Both the position numbers and the translations under genes were made by a program. Below are positions 62,995-64,000 of a DNA stretch of 64,000 nt, in pieces (position 1 is the first letter of the stretch; each line of letters starts with the position of its first letter). The notes under the pieces were generated by a model. The model was not told the DNA's origin, did no database searches, and was given only the letters and a program-made list of their open reading frames with translations. The stretch lies in NCBI RefSeq assembly GCF_009914755.1, contig NC_060939.1, one strand, 5' to 3'. Origin of the DNA: the human T2T-CHM13v2.0 reference genome, Homo sapiens.

Positions 62995-64000
62995 GTGAGG
63001 CTGCGCAGAGCTGGTGCTCCACACGGGCTGGAAATGCTGTCTGGGTGCTAATCGTGAGATACACAGACTAGATGTCAGGGAAGTGAGCTGTATCACAACA
63101 TGTATTGGGTGTGCCATGAATTCCTCTTGTTTCCCAGTCTTCTCTTCACCCTTCCTGGCCTTATTTCCATTCCATGTCACCTGCCAAAGTGTTCTTGCTG
63201 AGGTTTACTTCCTTGAGATCACAGACAGCCTCTTTATGAGGTTTTCTAACGCTCTGAAAGTCTTACCTGGCCTTGGTTTGGGTTAGTTGCCATCTCCTGA
63301 CATTCTCAAGCCATTCCTCTAGAATCTTTCGGAGTGTCTTCCTGGTCGCTTCTGATGCTCATTGGCCATAAGGGCTTGTGTAAGTGTTTGTGGCTGCATG
63401 TTCCCTTTCTCCACATTTCCCCATGTGCTGCATCAGATTCCCCCAAATACAGCACCTTCTCCTGCTATTCATTTTGCCTGATGCCATCATTTTAAGGCCT
63501 TTTTCCATTTTAGCTGTCCTCCAAGTATTCCGATGATTCTGTGGCTTTCCAATCCAGTAAATATATCCTAGATCAGAGATGAGACCAAAAGTAAAAGAAT
63601 CAACAGCCAAACCGACACAGGTGTTATTAAAGGACTTACTGTTTAAACATGCCTAAACCCTGTGCCTTGAGTGTGCAAGCTGACTTATTAGAAAAGGACA
63701 GGGCTGGCTGACCTGTCCCTATCAGTCCCAAGTCATGCACCCTGTGCCCCGGGAAGTGGGCGGTGACCCTATGCTGGTGGTGTGGCATCACAGGCCCGGG
63801 GCAGGGAGTGCTGTGTAAACCTGGGATGTAGAGCCGCATTCCCCCACTCCCTGTGCATGCTGGGCTTGGCCCCACATTATGCCAAGGGAAGCGGGACCTC
63901 TTTTGTCATTGGCCATCCTAGCCACCCCTCCCTGCCTTGTGCCTGCATGAGGTTGGGAGACTTGATGAATAAAGAATCCCTGAAGGACTCTGTTCCTTCT

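Overview
Primate genomic DNA, most likely human; the gene pair is the one I recall from 15q25.1. Two protein-coding genes sit head-to-head about 30 kb apart. On the minus strand is the first coding exon of ACSBG1 (22914-23044, MPRNSGAGYG...EKLKT); everything from base 1 to ~22.9 kb is its intron 1. On the plus strand are the CpG-island promoter and 5' half of DNAJA4 (type I HSP40): three alternative starts plus J-domain, G/F and zinc-finger exons, continuing past the window end. The rest is dense, nested transposon debris: ~35 Alus, old L1/L2/MIR, MaLR LTRs and DNA transposons. It also holds three well-preserved solo ERV LTRs (HML-2 LTR5, HERV-W LTR17, ERV9 LTR12C), all pointing in the ACSBG1 direction. 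I see no new protein-coding system; nearly all ORF-track entries are Alu, LTR or GC-rich artefacts. The best leads are regulatory. (1) An LTR12C promoter with usable splice sites that could feed ACSBG1. (2) Disabled poly(A) signals in two sense-oriented LTRs. (3) Candidate poison exons in both genes. (4) A heat-shock-element promoter nested in DNAJA4 intron 1. Gene and repeat-family names come from recall, not from a search; boundaries of old repeats are approximate.
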